Shown: positions 13,600 through 25,930 of the stretch, piece after piece
Layout of the letters: each line of letters begins with the position of its first letter
Position numbering within the stretch: position 1 is the stretch's first letter
Notes under the pieces: model-generated
The model's input: only the letters and a program-made list of their open reading frames with translations
Told to the model about the DNA's origin: nothing
The model's database searches: none
Assembly: GCF_006345805.1 (NCBI RefSeq)
Contig: NC_043003.1
Span: forward strand, 50,778,001-50,842,000
Direction of reading: 5' to 3'
DNA from: Octopus sinensis
Lineage: Eukaryota
DNA length: 64,000 nt
Translations under genes and position numbers: made by a program

Positions 13600-14450
13600 G
13601 TAGGATATCTTAATGGACTGTGATACACGTTCAGTGCGAAGAGAAAATTAAAGGAACACCAACAGACCTCTAATTGAGAGAACTCGCTGGCAAATCAGTA
13701 ATACAGCTTTCTGCTGTAAGCAGATCAAGGATCCTAAACCTCTGATAAAGAAATTGTTCCATTCTTTTAAGACACGAATCTCTTTCTATTTACTCCATCC
13801 CACCGTGACTAACAACTCTATCGACACATTTCTTTCCTTTACTTTTCTCACTAAGCTGCACAAATTCGACAATCTTGTCAGCTTATAGTTGTTCCATTGA
13901 ACTCTTCCTTAGCTACCTAACTCATGCCACGCTTATGCTACTACCCTATTCTCACCGATAAAATATGGCAACTATGCCCTTAAGTTTCTCAACTACTTTT
14001 CTTCCTCCGTGGAACATCGCAACTCCTTCTCACCATGGATGTATAATACCCCTATCATTACTACACACACACACACACACACCATAATTCGTTCGACTTT
14101 CTACCTTTAATTCAACCTTGCACTACAACCTTTCTTTTCTTTGTTGAACTCCTTGCCTTCAACTATTACTTCTTCCAGCGGAGCTGTGGATACTAGTGTG
14201 AGATTTACTTATCCGAACCTCTTTGTAAATCTTTACTCAATTTAATGGGTCTATCACGAAACTGCATGGCCGTTGCCTGAATGGCTGCATTCAGTGCTAC
14301 TCATATCTTTATTGTTTCTCGTCTCTTTCTACTCACTGAGTCTTTCCTCCAATTCTTGCAATTTCTTTGACTCCGACAGTTATGCAGCAAAATCTTAGAT
14401 TCAATTTCAAAATCCGCTAAAATGTGTTCTTCACACTGAGTTATCCTATA
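13600..14450 (-). mobile_element. Highly decayed LINE RT-region remnant (RTE-like)
   Basis: Minus-strand broken translation (GSSISVA*VR*LRKSS..; KSKGKKCVDRVVSHG) resembles the post-RT RTE segment G..ESV.ARVR.AWKKF / KG.LY..CVR..MLHGSETW; many stops. Confidence 0.4.
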
Positions 14451-15091
14451 TCTTTAGCTAGCTCTACACAACAACTAGGCCGTTAGCAGAACCTCTGCAC
14501 ATCACCCTAAATAATCCACCCGTAAACAGAGCTTCCTTTCCTCCCAACTTTTTATCATCCGTGCACCCCAACGCCTTTCAATGTTCCTGTCCGGAATGTT
14601 ACACTTGACCTATCACCTACAACTCATAACTGGCCTAAAAACCTATTTCCATATCGCCTACTGTTTTCACTGCATTTCCATCGGCTTTATATATTGTATC
14701 AGGGGTAAAACTCAGAAATTCCATTTGTAAAAGTGAAACTGGACGTCGTTTTCGCCAGTACTTCATGATGTTTGTAATGCACACAATTACACTACAGATT
14801 TGTCAATAGACATTCCACTTTGCTAGGACATTCCTTCAGTCATATCTACGTCGTGAGTCATATTACAATATGGTTCAACATTCACCAATAGATTGCAAAC
14901 AAAAAATCTAATATATGTAATGAAGGAAATTTTGCCTCGAGCTATTAAAAATCTCACATTCGCCCCGCCCACCTCAACCTGTTTTCATCCACCTCCGTAC
15001 ATGTAATATTAGCTAACAACACTCATCATCTTCACTGATACACAGTTATTTACATAGGATGTATATGGCTGGTGGTTGTTTACACTGATGT

Positions 15092-15975
15092 GTGAGGAGG
15101 TACCCAAAAGTAACCGGAAACGTTCTCTGTTGGACAAGCCGTTGTAATTCGGTCTTCCACCGCAAGAAGCTACTTGATGCAATCCCCTCATACATCATTC
15201 TACTGATCGGTGTCGTCGAATGATGACGTGCTGCCAAATGACGTGTCTTTGTTTTGTGGTGCTTCTCCACTGTTCGTCGATTTTTGCGACAGCTGAAACG
15301 AAGGAACAGCGTACTTCCGTGAAATTCTGTTTTCTACAGACGAAAATGGCGGCTGAAACAGTTGCCATGCTTTAAACAGCTTACGAGGACGCTGCCATGA
15401 ACACAACACAAGTTTACGGGTGGTTTTCACGGTTTGGGAATGGACACTTGTCGCTTGAAGACCAACCTCATTCAGGGCGACCGTCGATCTCCTGAACGAA
15501 TGAAAACATCATGAAAATTCATGAACTGATCTTAAAGAACTGTCCCCGAACAATTAACGAATTTGTGCCTGGTGTGTCCTAAAGCTCCTGCCAACGAATT
15601 GTGGGCGAGAAATTGCGAATTAAAAGACTTGTAGCAAAATCTGTGCGTCGCTAGCCCACGGAAAATCAAAAGCAGTCACGGCTGAATGAGTCTCGTAAAC
15701 TGAAAGAATAGTTGGAAGTTGATCCGGACCTTTTTTCGAAGGTCATCACTGGTGACGAAAGCTGGTACTACGGAATTTACAGATATGGAAGAGGTAAAGA
15801 AATAACGACGGTGGCATTGGAAGGCATCACTTCGCAAGAGTTCCAGCGCTGCTTCGAATAGTGTAAAACGCGCCTGCACCGATGCATTGCTTCAAATGGA
15901 GAAAGTTTTAAAGACGATAAAAGTGTAAATATGTGAAATCTAAGAGAATAAAACAACACTGCACAATTCCGATTA
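15092..15975 (+). mobile_element. Defective mariner (Tc1/mariner) transposon, internally deleted
   Basis: Broken translation KEQRTSVKFCF..VYGWFSRF..EDQPHSGRPS..AKSVRR..VITGDESWYYG joined to the C-terminal FQRCFE*CKTRLHRCIASNGESF; left TIR-like gaggaggtacccaaaagtaaccggaa ~15092-15119; residual right TIR ttccgatta 15967-15975. Confidence 0.9.
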
Positions 15976-16317
15976 TATATATATCAATCTTCTGTATTGA
16001 CCACTTTCCACGACTTTGATCTGTTTTTTGTATTGAATACGTATCGCCACCGTGGGCCACTGCATCGAACACTTTGAACATATACTTCAAACTATATATC
16101 AACTATACATGAACTATATATCAACTATACATGAACTCTAAGATGTCTGACTCCGTTGTGAATTATAAATGAATTTCTTGTGTTTGACGGCATGAGCTGT
16201 CTTTTTTTATATATAACTTTTTTGATAAAGTTCATTTCAGGAACTGAAAAATGTTATAATGTATATATAAAAATTAAAAATTGTATAATACAGCAGCATT
16301 TTCGAACTTCATTTTTT

Positions 16318-16320
<3 letters not shown>

Positions 16321-16391
<71 letters not shown>

Positions 16392-16668
16392 TATAATATA
16401 ATATATATAATATATATAATATATATATATATAATATATATATATATATGTATATATATAATATATATATATACATACATACATACATATATATTATACA
16501 CACACATATATATATATAATATATATATATACATATATATATAATATAATATATATATATATATATATATTATATATTACATATATGTATATATATAATA
16601 TATATATTATATATGTATATATATATAATATATATAATATATATAATATATATAATATATATATATTA

Positions 16669-16737
<69 letters not shown>

Positions 16738-16954
16738 ATATATATTATATATATATTATATATATATATTATATATATATATTATATATATATATTATAT
16801 AATATATATATATATATAATATATATAATATATATATATATATATATAATATATATATATTATATATGTATATATATATATGTATATATACATATGATAT
16901 ATATATATATATCATATATATCATATATATTATATATGTATATATGTATATATG

Positions 16955-16985
<31 letters not shown>

Positions 16986-17027
16986 CACGCACATACACAT
17001 ACGCACGCACACACACACACACACACA
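16321..17027. repeat. Long degenerate (TA)n tract ending in (CA)n
   Basis: Visible simple repeats. Confidence 0.95.
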
Positions 17028-17745
17028 GAAAGGAAGGTTAGAAACCCAACTGTACTCTGAAAGTCGTGACCTCCTACATAAATAATGATGCGAGCGTCTG
17101 ATCCGAGTTGGTCTCCATCAGTCCACCTGACTTCACACAAGGCTTATATATCGGTGTTGAATCGGTTGCACACCTCTTTAATGTTTTCTGCTTTGACCAT
17201 CTTATACATTCTAGACACGTTCGCTGGAAGAGTCAGTCATGATGGCGTTTTTTTTTTCACACAGTCCCCATAGCAACATCAGACAAAGAATTGCTATAGT
17301 AATTTGTACTATAATTATGAGAGTGAAAATGTGGGTCTCGGTCTTCACAGCAAAAGAAAAGGACAAAAAAAATCAGAGACAATTGCACACAGGGAAGATG
17401 CCATTAATGAACAACATAAAAATTAATGGAACGAATCGATATCTTTAAATATTTAAGAACCATCATTTCATTCGATTGAGAAAAACGTCAAAGTAATTAA
17501 GTGAAAAATTGACTGACCAAGGCTGCTGTCGGTGAGATCACACATATCCTTGTACTCCGTCGGTTACGACGACTAGTGTTCCAGTTGTTGATCAACTGAT
17601 CAGATAAACGGAACAGCCTGCTCAGGAAATTAACGTGCATGTGGCTGAGCACTCCAGAGACACATGTACTGTTAGCGTAGGGCTCAAGAAGTTTTAGTGT
17701 AACACAGAGTGTGACAAGCCTGGTCCTTTGGCATATGTTTTTTTT

Positions 17746-18048
17746 TGTTTTGTTTGTTCCTTCTCAAGCAATGCCTGGCTCATAATGGGCCGGTTTCCCG
17801 TTTTCCTTGGCGTATAGGCTCCCCACCTAGATGGCACGCCGGTCCATTGTAGGTGAGCTGCTAGATGCAGGAAGAAAGAGTAAAAGAAAGTTGTGGCGAA
17901 AGAGTCAGCAGAAGTTCCCTATTACCTTCTGCTGGAGCCGCGTGGAGAATAATGTTTTGTTCATAAACACATACATCACCCGGTCTGAGATTCGAACCTG
18001 CGATCCCTCGACCGCGAGTCCGCTGCTCTAACCATTAGGCCATGTGCC
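17746..18048 (-). mobile_element. tRNA-headed SINE family D
   Basis: Reverse complement of 21901-22200; A box tggcctaatggttag, B box ggttcgaatct. Confidence 0.85.
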
Positions 18049-19145
18049 TCCACCCATTGGAATATAATTGCAACTTATTTTTGACAGCTGGGTGGACTAG
18101 AGCAACATTAAATAAAGTGTTTTGCGTCGCCGGGGATTGAAATCACTACCTTACGATCGCGACCCAACTAAGCCTTCACGATCATACATATATTTATCAT
18201 ATAAACAACAATTGTAGAAGTAAAGAAATGAGTCCCATGAGCGAACAAGTGAAGATGCTTATATAAATTTGAGAGGAAGTAAAAAAAGAAAAAAATTCCA
18301 ATTCAGATAGAATAAAAAATTCTGGAGTCCTTGGACGCGCAAAACCCACCAGAGAGATTCCTTTGTAGACAACAGATGAAGTTCATTAAACAGTACATGA
18401 GAAGATAAGTCGTCGAATATTTAGTGATAACCGGGAAAGAGAAACGAAACAGAAGTTGAGAAAGATAGAGAAGATACATATTCAACGATCTTACCAGCTG
18501 GCTTAGATAGACCGGCCCAGCAACATGCTACAAAGTTGTATGTGGAACAAAACGAGAAAGTTCACGATCGCTGACGCCTATCACATAAAGAATACTATAT
18601 GTGTATACGTGTGTAGTGTTTTGTCAGTTAATGTCTCCTCCCTGCAACGTATTTCAAATCTATCTTCCTTCTCGCCCAGCTGTTGCATTTCCTCCACAAA
18701 TACTTGTTACCTCTCTGCTTTCTTCTTTATCTCATCTCCTTCCTCCTTTAATCTTCATGCTTATAATTTTCTTCACTCACACTATCGCCAGTTTATTAGT
18801 TCTATATCACCAGCAACAGTTCATCTTTCTCTACCGAAGTGCTCCATCTGAAAGTCAGATTTCTCTCCTCTCTCTTGGCGTAAAATTCATTGCACTGTTT
18901 GAACTATTTGTATAACACTTTGCAAAATAGAACATCACAAGTTTCCTCGGTTGCAACTATTTTATTGTTTTGGGATTAAGTTTATTACTGCAAGGCCATT
19001 AGCTGGAGCACGCTGACTGCTAAATTATACAAAATACAAAAATTAATTGTGCGAGTGTCATCACTTCATAATTATTGTGTCATGACCTAGACTTAGACAC
19101 CGAATTCATAATGGCCTAGTTTATTTGTCTGTAAATAAGTAGTGG

Positions 19146-19480
19146 TGTACACCTTGCTGTTTTTAATACTACAGGTAAAACTGTAAGAATGAATAGTCTT
19201 TGCCTTATTTTGATCGAGCTGACAACCGCTCATGAGAGCCGAGTGTACAAATAACGTCAATTTAAGAGGAAGGAATATGATGACTTTTTGAAAGAACTGA
19301 CAAAAAAAGGGCTGAGCATTGCACAGTACAGGCCATGAGGCGTTCGAGAATTTGTTGCAGCCACCATGTGCCAACTCCTGAGTCAGCTCGGAATCAAATA
19401 TCGCAAAAGAACGACGACGATGAAACACCAAACAGGGACAGCCGGGAAGAGTTCAATGTAGCTACATATGGAACTGAAAA
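19146..19480 (+). mobile_element. Decayed restriction-like endonuclease (RLE) C-terminus of an R2-group non-LTR element (HERO/NeSL-like)
   Basis: One frame with 3 stops: HLAVFNTTGKTV..LILIELTTAHESRVYK*RQFKRKEYDDFLKELTKKG..GVREFVAATMCQLLSQLGI..TAGKSSM*L; fits the IELTVPWE..ERK..KY..L..G..GF...S...LLS.LG pattern. Confidence 0.65.
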
Positions 19481-19672
19481 AGAATGCTGCTAATTGCTAA
19501 ACATAGTACGAAGGGAACCCAATTTTAAATAGACCTACAAGGCAGTTTCTTGTCGTGATCCAGCGATGTCCAACACAGTTCAGGGAAGTAAAATCATACG
19601 AAGGTGATTTAATCCCAGCAATAGGTGGCATTAATTAATTTTCCCTATAACTGAATGGGAGTCATCACCAAC

Positions 19673-19728
<56 letters not shown>

Positions 19729-20072
19729 GGAGACATAGAGAGTGAGAGAGACTAACTTGTGCACTGAGACTGAAAAATTGGTTGGAGACACAAAGCACAT
19801 TATATAAATCTGACGAATTGCTGTGTCTTCGTGGCACGGGACTATAGTAGATATATCTTTAACACTGAGTGCATTAAATGACGTGTGTGTGTGTGCGCGC
19901 GCGCGCGCGTGTGTGTAGTATTTTTCCTAAAGTTGGGAGCTAGCTTCTGACGAATAAATTTACATCGCTGGAATTGAGATAACAACCGTTATATGGTTCT
20001 ATATTTAAGAAATGAAGAATTATGTACATTATTTACATTTGACGGATATTTCTCATCATTTTGTTTGTGGTT

Positions 20073-20118
20073 AACACAACGTTTCAACTGATATACCCTC
20101 CAGCTTTCATCAGGTGTC
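20073..20118 (-). ncRNA. Minimal type I hammerhead ribozyme motif (Penelope-type)
   Basis: GACAC-CTGATGA-a-AGCTG gagggtatat CAGTT-GAAAC-GTT-GTGTT: stem I gacac/gtgtt, 5-bp stem II, helix III reduced to palindromic ACGT. Confidence 0.65.
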
Positions 20119-20194
20119 TTGGGGAAATTTCGAACCTGAGTTCTCATTCCTAAGGTATTTTTCGTTGTTGTTGTTGTTATTGTTCTTCTGCTCC

Positions 20195-20238
<44 letters not shown>

Positions 20239-20257
20239 TATTATTATTATTATTATT

Positions 20258-20773
20258 TTCTTTTTTTTTCTTCTTTCAAATTTGCTTCCATTTCTTGCCG
20301 AGTGTCTTCCCGACTCCTAGGGCAGAGAAACTCATAGTATACATTGGTAGGCCATTAAACTAAACTCACTAGTTCGTTCATTTTTTTAAAAGTTAAATTA
20401 AAATACATGGGTTGTAATCGTTCTCACATCGACAATGCTCTTCTCAATACGTGTGATGTACCAGTTAAGACAATCTTTTGCACTTCTTGCAAGGATGGTA
20501 AGCCAGGGATCATTCTCATATAATTTTCGGTTCCCTTCTTGATCATTCCTAGAGCTCCTATGATCACTGGTATTGTAACCGCCTTGAGATGCCACATTTT
20601 CTCAATTTCAATGAGCAGGTCTTTATATTTTCTGAGCTTGTCAAACTCTTTCGCCGAGATATTATGATCACAGGGGATGCTCATGTCGATCAATAAGCAA
20701 ACTTTATTGTTTTGGTCTTTCACAACAATATCTGGTTTATTGGCTTTGATGGTTCGGTCTGTATGTACTGGAA
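20258..20773 (-). mobile_element. 5'-truncated R4-clade (Dong-like) non-LTR retrotransposon: RLE domain plus 3' UTR
   Basis: Open frame FPVHTDRTIKANKPDIVVKDQNNKVCLLIDMSIPCDHNISAKEFDKLRKYKDL..IPVIIGALG..VLTGTSHVLRRALSM* (PD..D..K RLE motif); (TAA)n on both sides. Confidence 0.9.
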
Positions 20774-20851
<78 letters not shown>

Positions 20852-20900
20852 TAGTTCACTGCGTGGAATCGAACGCGGAATCTTGGGGTTAGTGGCCTAT

Positions 20901-20973
20901 GGGCATATGGCGTAGTGGTTAAGAGCATGGGCTACTAACCCCAGGACTCTGGGTTCGATTCCACGCAGTGAAA

Positions 20974-21034
<61 letters not shown>

Positions 21035-21110
21035 CAACAACAACAACATCAAAAAATACCTTAGGAAAGAGAACCCAGGTTTGAAATTTCCCCAGGATAC
21101 CTGATAAAGA
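20901..21110 (+). mobile_element. Family E copy, 3'-truncated
   Basis: A box tggcgtagtgg, B box ggttcgattcc, (AAT)n(AAC)n, ataccttaggaaagagaacccagg; HHR core mutated (CTGATAA) and cut off. Confidence 0.8.
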
Positions 21111-21585
21111 CTGTCCGGTTTTTGTCAAATCCAGTTTCTCTGTATTAATCTGGAGGATGTTTTGGTAACTTAAACAAGTTCCACAGTAATTATTGATATA
21201 AATCTAAAGTTAGATTCGAGGTCTTGTATCGGCAAATTTCTCATTAATTCTGTATTTATGTTCTTTCGTTTATCTTTAACATTATGCTAATGTCTACTGG
21301 ACAATTTATTTAAACTTTCATATTATGTTTGTGATTTGTTATGCCTATGTTTTTATAAAGACTTTTATAGATACATTCCACCAGTATACTTTAGTATTCT
21401 TCCAGTTTTATGTATCTTCTACATCATGGTAACTTGTTTTGGATTAGCATCGTAATGATAATTTTGAACAGCTGTTTATGATCATCGTGGCACAAGCTAT
21501 ATTTTCCCAGTAGTCTACACTAGTTGTCAAACACACAGCCAACCCAACCTTATATGCATGTGTGTGTGTGTGTGTGTGTGTGTGT

Positions 21586-21725
21586 GGATCAAAATAACTG
21601 ACGATTAGCATTACGCTTGAAACTCGAGAGTACCAACAAATTTGAATCAAACTGCTTTGATCCATACATGTAACTCACAATAAATTGGTCGAGTGCTCGT
21701 CTTTCGTTTGTCCACTCACTCGTAT
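21586..21725 (+). repeat. Dispersed repeat with HHR core boxes (second copy 60294-60425)
   Basis: Two homologous ~135-bp segments, both CTGANGA..GAAA-C..G-TA with identical spacing. Confidence 0.6.
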
Positions 21726-21786
21726 ACACACACACACAAACACACACACACATATATATGTATGTGTATATATATGTATATATGTA

Positions 21787-21881
<95 letters not shown>

Positions 21882-21900
21882 ATGTATATCTTAGAAAGTG

Positions 21901-22200
21901 TGGGCACATGGCCCAGTGGTTAGAGCAGCGGACTCGTGGTCGAGGGACCTCGGGTTCGAATCTCAGACCGGGCGATGTGTGTGTTTATGAGCGAAGCACC
22001 TAAGCTCCACGCGGCTCCGGCAGAAGGTAATTGCGAACTTCTGCTGACTCTTTCGCCACAACTTTCTCTCACTCTTTCCTCCTGCATCTTGCAGTTCACC
22101 TGCGACGGACCGGTGTCCCGTCCAGCTGGGGAACCTATGCGACAAGGACACCGAGAAGCCGGCCCTAAGAGCCAGGCGTGGCTCGAGAAGGAACAAACAA
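21901..22200 (+). mobile_element. tRNA-headed SINE family D
   Basis: A/B boxes; 9-bp TSD tcttagaaa at 21889-21897 and 22204-22212. Confidence 0.9.
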
Positions 22201-24067
22201 ATGTCTTAGAAAATAAGATAACAAAGATGATAAGATGACAAAATAAACAATTTTCTTGTGAAATCTATAATATGCAGTGGACTGAGTAACACCTCATAGC
22301 CTCGTCGAAGCATCATCATTATCATCTGCTTTCTCTGCTGGCTTATGTTGTACGGTTAGAGATGATCCGGTGAGCTGCAAGACCGTATCGTGTTCCAGTA
22401 TCAACTTTGGCATATTTTCTATGACTGTATGAACTTCCTAACGGTAACTACTTTGGAGAGTATACTGGGTGGCTTTTAAGCGACACCGGCATTAGTGCGG
22501 TTGCCATGTAAACTTAAAAGATAAGCAAAGAACAGGGAAAAAAAGAAAACTCTGCCACTTCTAAAAGGGGAGTATTGGAGAGGGGGAATTTGGAGGTGGG
22601 TGGCTTTATGGCAGGTGTTGAAAGGCGAGAAGGAAGGTATGATAGAGAGGCAAGCACAAATGCCTTCTGTAGAGGAGATAAAAGTAAGGTAGTGATGGGA
22701 TACTAGAACAAACTTTCAAAAAGATACAGCGTGCCATGGGAAAGGATGAGAGAGTGGATACTTTCATAACAGGGTGAGGTGAGAGTAATAGAAGGTTAAA
22801 AATGGTGATATAGGTAAATATAGGGAGATGAGATTGAAGGAAAATACTAGCATGATGAGGAGGTTAGGTGAGAGACATAGGCAGGAGAATAGGTCGGAAA
22901 GCAGTGAGATGATGTACTAGGAGTGTATATGTGTGCGTATATGTATCATTTACTGTTTCTGGGAGCTCGGCGATCCATAGTAATGTTGGTAGATTTTTTT
23001 CTTTGAACTTCTCAGCATTAAGATTTGAAATGTAAGATCTTCTCTACCCTGATGGCGAAGGCTCGTCTTTTCCAATGTTAATTGCGTCCATACGACAGCA
23101 TATTGTGATGAACTAAATCTACTATCTGGGTGTTCGGATTGCCGAGCCCCCTTAAATATCTGTTGGATTTATAACACCTTTCTTCCACCCCTTTAATTTT
23201 TTCTGTCGTTTGTACTCTGTGTAAGTTGGACCTATTTGTATAAATATCTACATATTTATGCTTAAAAATTCATCATCTGAAAGTTTCCACTTTTTGCTTT
23301 CTCTAGTTTTGCAAGTTTACTTATATACTTATTTTGTATTTCATACCCAAACTAAAATATTTAATATGCTTAATGTATTTAATATATTTGATGCATCTGA
23401 CTTGTTTATCCGCATAATTGCATCTATGTATGTATGTATGTATGTATGTATGTGTGTGAATGTATGTATGTAGTTATGTATTTATGTATGTATGCATGCA
23501 TGCATGCATGCATATATGTATGTTATGTGTGTATACATATATACACATTTTAGAAGTAGAAGAGTAACGGTGATTTCAGTGTTTCGGCCAGCCAGCCTTC
23601 GTCTGTCTGACGAAAGATAGAAGGCCGAAACTTCGAAGTCATTATCTCCATACTGCTTCTAAAAGCTTTAAATGATGCATAGATACATTCACACGCATAT
23701 AAAACATACACGTATACAAAAACACAGAAACTATGTGAAGCGTGAAAATTGGAACCTGTCTATGGAGGAAAATAAATGAAAGGAAAAAAATGGTTATAGT
23801 TTTTAACGTAAAATTGCAAAGAAAGTATCTAAGCAAAAAGAAATAAAGATTTTCTTTTAGATTAATTCCGGACAGAACAGTAAGAGACGAAGGGGCTAAG
23901 AGAGGAAAAGCAAACAATCTTCTTATAAGCTGATTGAATGTAAATGTTATTTAAGTACGCTGGCTTTGTTTTATTTTGAGTTTGAAAATTTTTTGGCAGC
24001 CATTTATATTTTATATACTTCCTTCTCTGAATTGTGGGAATTGTTTTTTTCACATACAGCTGCATGT

Positions 24068-24069
<2 letters not shown>

Positions 24070-24119
<50 letters not shown>

Positions 24120-24308
24120 GCACACACACACGCACACACACACACACACACGTGTGTGTGTGTGTGCGAGTGTGCATGCGTGAATGCATTTATATGCATA
24201 TTATATACATACATATGTATATAATGAGCATATATTACACATACATGTATATACAAATACATATAGATCTATACATATATGTATATACATATATGCATAT
24301 ATACGCAC

Positions 24309-24357
<49 letters not shown>

Positions 24358-24491
24358 CATGTATGTATGTATATATACATATAGATCTATACATACATGA
24401 ATGTACATATATGCACGTATATATATATATTATATATATTCATATATATAGATATATATACGTAGTATAAATATATACTCACACACACATT

Positions 24492-24522
<31 letters not shown>

Positions 24523-25393
24523 TATATAATATATATATATACAAACATACTCAAGCATATACACACGACATACAAATATGTGTGTGTGTACACACAGACA
24601 TACACACAAATTCACTCAGAACATAACTCTCACTCACACACATATCTACACGTACATTTATATCTATCCATACATACAAATACATATATATATATATATA
24701 TATACATATATGTGTATATATTTATAAATAGATACCTACACACACACACACATATGTATGTATATATATATGTATATTTATATATTTATTTATTTATTTT
24801 TTTATTTATAAAAGTTAAACACACCCAAGTTGTAATGGTTTATGTATTTTTGATGAAAACCACATGATTGTGAAACATTGATGGTGCATACAAGGTGGAA
24901 GGAAATAAATCATAGACACACATATACACTTATAAAGGTGGTTATACACGTTCACACATACACACACATACTCATACACACACGTACGTACAAACACAAA
25001 CTCACACATACACATAGCCGTAGTCGTGCAATCATAGAAACACCTGCACACATGCGGACATATATATCCACGCACAGGAAGAAAGAAAGAAAGAAAGGAA
25101 GCGTAGACTTGGTGAGAAATAAAGTTAGCGTATGTAACGAAAACCAGGGATTGATTGAAGAATGAAGTTTATTCATGCGTGAAAGCACAGACATATTTGC
25201 ACGTACGCAATGTATACAAAGAGAAGAGAGAGTGGGCGAGAGAGAGACAGAGAGAGATGGAAAGAGAATGAGAGAGAGAGAGAGGGGGGAAGGCTAAAAC
25301 ATATACCTATACATGAAAGTGTGTTCATGTGTACATATATATATATATATAATATATATATATACATATATATTATATACATATATATATATA

Positions 25394-25432
<39 letters not shown>

Positions 25433-25648
25433 CATGCGTATGTATAATACATTTCTATAGAAAAATAATTATATATAATAAATGTATATAGGAATATATG
25501 CATATATTTTTGTATGCATATACGTATATATACATGTTTATATCAATACATATGTGCATGGGAATGCATATATTATGAATGTATGTATATGTGTCTGCAT
25601 ATGCATACCTCTACACACACATACATTGATATATATATATGTACATAC

Positions 25649-25679
<31 letters not shown>

Positions 25680-25930
25680 AATATGTATACATGCATGTGC
25701 ATGTGACAATGTGGATGTTAATAAGTATACTTCGTGTGTATAGTTAGTCATACATTCACATATACATACATGCATATATATATATATAATATATATATAT
25801 ATACATGCACACATACATACACATTTATACTCGCAAACATAAGCATATATGTGTGTACGAGTATGTGTGTGTGTCATTGTGTGTGTGTGTGTGTGCGCAT
25901 GTGTATGCGAATTACGTATGCAAGTATGTA
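24070..25930. repeat. Extended low-complexity AT/AC/GA microsatellite region
   Basis: Visible degenerate simple repeats. Confidence 0.85.

Larger units (their letters stand above)
19985..20893 (-). mobile_element. tRNA-headed element with (AAT)n(AAC)n linker and Penelope-like HHR tail (family E), interrupted by a Dong insertion
   Basis: Partial head 20862-20893, (AAT)n split at 20773/20258, body 20162-19985; homologous to 20901-21110 and 46917-47190. Confidence 0.75.

Noticed and set aside
20901-20970. tRNA-like A/B boxes here and in SINE A-D heads
   Set aside because: No complete cloverleaf or acceptor stem; these are SINE heads, not tRNA genes.
22440-23230. Purine-rich tract and possible old LINE 3' fragment
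   Set aside because: No diagnostic motif recovered by hand translation.
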